DNA of 8,212 nucleotides from a virus (Duplodnaviria; Heunggongvirae; Uroviricota; Caudoviricetes): IMG/VR virus record IMGVR_UViG_3300029762_000052; one strand, 5' to 3'. Shown piece by piece: positions 7,201 to 8,212 of this stretch (position 1 is its first letter; each line of letters starts with the position of its first letter). The notes under the pieces were generated by a model. It saw only the letters and a program-made list of their open reading frames with translations, ran no database searches and was not told where the DNA came from. The position numbers and the translations under genes were made by a program.

Positions 7201-7241
7201 GTAAAATCCCCGTCATATGGCAATCAGTAAAGGAAATAAAT

Positions 7242-7442
7242 ATGTCATCGAAAAACCGGACCCGCAGAACCACAACCCGCAATATCCGTTTCCCCAATCA
7301 CATGATTGAACAGATCAACATCGCCCTTCAGCATAAAGGGTCCGGTAACTTTTCAGCGTGGGTTATTGAAGCCTGCAGGAGAAGGCTGGCAACAGATGCA
7401 ACGCATCTGCGTCCGGCCAGCATGACAAATAACGAGAAATGA
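7242..7442 (+). CDS. Small basic protein with predicted ribbon-helix-helix-like DNA-binding fold (66 aa)
   Basis: ATG at 7242 with AAGGA 7 nt upstream. Sequence is MSSKNRTRRTTTRNIRFPNHMIEQINIALQHKGSGNFSAWVIEACRRRL…: a basic N-terminal arm, a short beta-strand (RNIRFP) and two helices. From memory it resembles small YlcI/YnfO-type proteins found beside packaging genes of lambdoid prophages; this was not verified. The longer GTG-initiated version (7182) would overlap the HNH start and is not favoured. Confidence 0.6.
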   Translation: MSSKNRTRRTTTRNIRFPNHMIEQINIALQHKGSGNFSAWVIEACRRRLATDATHLRPASMTNNEK

Positions 7443-7573
7443 ACGTTCGGTTACAGGAGCAGGTACCCACTGTCCTCCAACAATATTTCATCTTCATACC
7501 CGGCGGAACAAGACTTACCCAGCCGGGATGTACAGAATAACAACAGAGTGATAATTAATTTCTGATGAAATAA

Positions 7574-7906
7574 TCAGGGTGCAGAAGGACTAAAGATAAA
7601 CGTTTTCTTCACGCCTTTACGCGGCCTGTCCTTCTCAAATCGCCATTTTGCCATCGCCTTTACAACCTGCTCATCAAACAGATGGTGCGGCTCTGAACGG
7701 ATAAACTCAATTCGGGTGACAGTACCATCAGCACCAATATCAAACTTCACATCAACCCGTCCCTTTATATAATTTGCCGCTGCATAGGCCGGATATTGTG
7801 GTAATGCCTTAACCAACTGTCGGGGCATATCTGTTTTATGTTGCGTACAGCCCATAACCAGAGAAGACAACAAAATAATTAACGGAAGATTTCTTTTCAT
7901 TTTCAT
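7574..7906 (-). CDS. Lipoprotein with TonB/TolA C-terminal-like domain (probable accessory/moron gene)
   Basis: Signal peptide with lipobox-like LVMGC (MKMKRNLPLIILLSSLVMGC), followed by YPAYAAANYIKGRVDVKFDIGADGTVTRIEFIRSEPHHLFDEQVVKAMAKWRF, which matches the TonB_C-type pattern (YP…A…G.V.V.F.I..DG.V…FD…A…W.F). Start is ATG at 7906 or 7900; the GTG at 7915 in the track is less likely. The region looks AT-richer than the head genes (by eye). Confidence 0.7.
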   Translation of the reverse strand: MKMKRNLPLIILLSSLVMGCTQHKTDMPRQLVKALPQYPAYAAANYIKGRVDVKFDIGADGTVTRIEFIRSEPHHLFDEQVVKAMAKWRFEKDRPRKGVKKTFIFSPSAP

Positions 7907-7920
7907 TCCCGGCACAGATA

Positions 7921-7937
7921 AGAATAAGTCTTATTCT
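7921..7937. promoter_or_regulatory. 17-bp palindrome AGAATAAG-T-CTTATTCT just upstream of the lipoprotein start; candidate operator overlapping a putative -10
   Basis: Perfect 8+1+8 inverted repeat read directly, 15-30 nt upstream of the ATG at 7906. On the coding strand a TAGAAT -10-like hexamer overlaps it, and TTGATG lies about 19 nt further upstream (weak promoter call). Confidence 0.4.
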
Positions 7938-8212
7938 AACAATGCCACCCTGTCGGTCATCAATCCTCTGCTTAATGGCAACGACAATTATCCGACTTAA
8001 ATCACAAATCAGACACATGACATAACAGGTCATGCGAGGTAACACATCGTCCGGTTTCTTCCACCATCGCACCGGACCAGCGACCATGAGGGGACAACGC
8101 CGCGCTCCGTTAACGCGGTAAACCCCGGTGTGTATCGTTTTTGATTATCCCCGCACACTCGCGCAGAGGAGTCTCCCTGTCGGGCTGCGGTCTCTGTTAA
8201 TACGGGAATACG

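Noticed and set aside
6738-7230. ORFs 6738..7130 (-) and 6931..7230 (+) overlapping the HNH gene
   Set aside because: They are alternative frames or the antisense of the HNH endonuclease ORF, which carries a clear HNH motif. No independent support.
7182-7241. N-terminal extension of the RHH ORF from GTG at 7182
   Set aside because: It would overlap the HNH start codon on the opposite strand and has no RBS. The ATG at 7242 has AAGGA at good spacing.
7499-7527. Stem-loop CCCGGC…GCCGGG between the convergent RHH and lipoprotein genes as a bidirectional terminator
   Set aside because: The stem is only 6 bp with a 17-nt loop and there is no U-tract on either strand, so it is not a convincing intrinsic terminator.
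7836-8087. 83-aa minus-strand ORF (MVAGPVRWWKKPDDV…)
   Set aside because: It overlaps the lipoprotein 5' end and its putative promoter and operator, is Cys/Ile-rich and low-complexity, and has no recognisable features. Probably spurious.
8030-8212. Minus-strand frame open from the right window edge to a TGA at 8030 (about 60 codons)
   Set aside because: It has no start inside the window and no recognisable motif, and an open frame of this length can arise by chance. Cannot be supported without sequence beyond 8212.

Overview
This window looks like the DNA-packaging and head-assembly end of an HK97-like, cos-type prophage (or a capsid-encoding satellite), with all late genes on the minus strand. 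Reading right to left: an AT-richer accessory stretch with a lipoprotein gene carrying a TonB-C-like domain (7574..7906, -) and a small ribbon-helix-helix-like gene on the opposite strand (7242..7442, +); an HNH endonuclease (6835..7200); a 288-bp non-coding region with repeated GTTAACAT motifs and an 18-bp perfect palindrome, probably cos/terminase-recognition or operator DNA; terS (5989..6546); terL (4331..5992); one 645-aa ORF fusing prohead protease, a coiled-coil scaffold/delta segment and an HK97-fold major capsid protein (2330..4267); a possible small ORF (2064..2285); an HK97-family portal (754..2118); and a protein built from near-identical 162-bp tandem repeats that is translationally coupled to portal and runs off the left edge (1..757). 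Portal sits downstream of the capsid gene, which is not the canonical HK97 order. I found no tRNA, rRNA, CRISPR array, integrase or transposase. All assignments rest on reading the six-frame translations and the DNA by eye; no database search or computation was run, and GC and identity figures are hand estimates.
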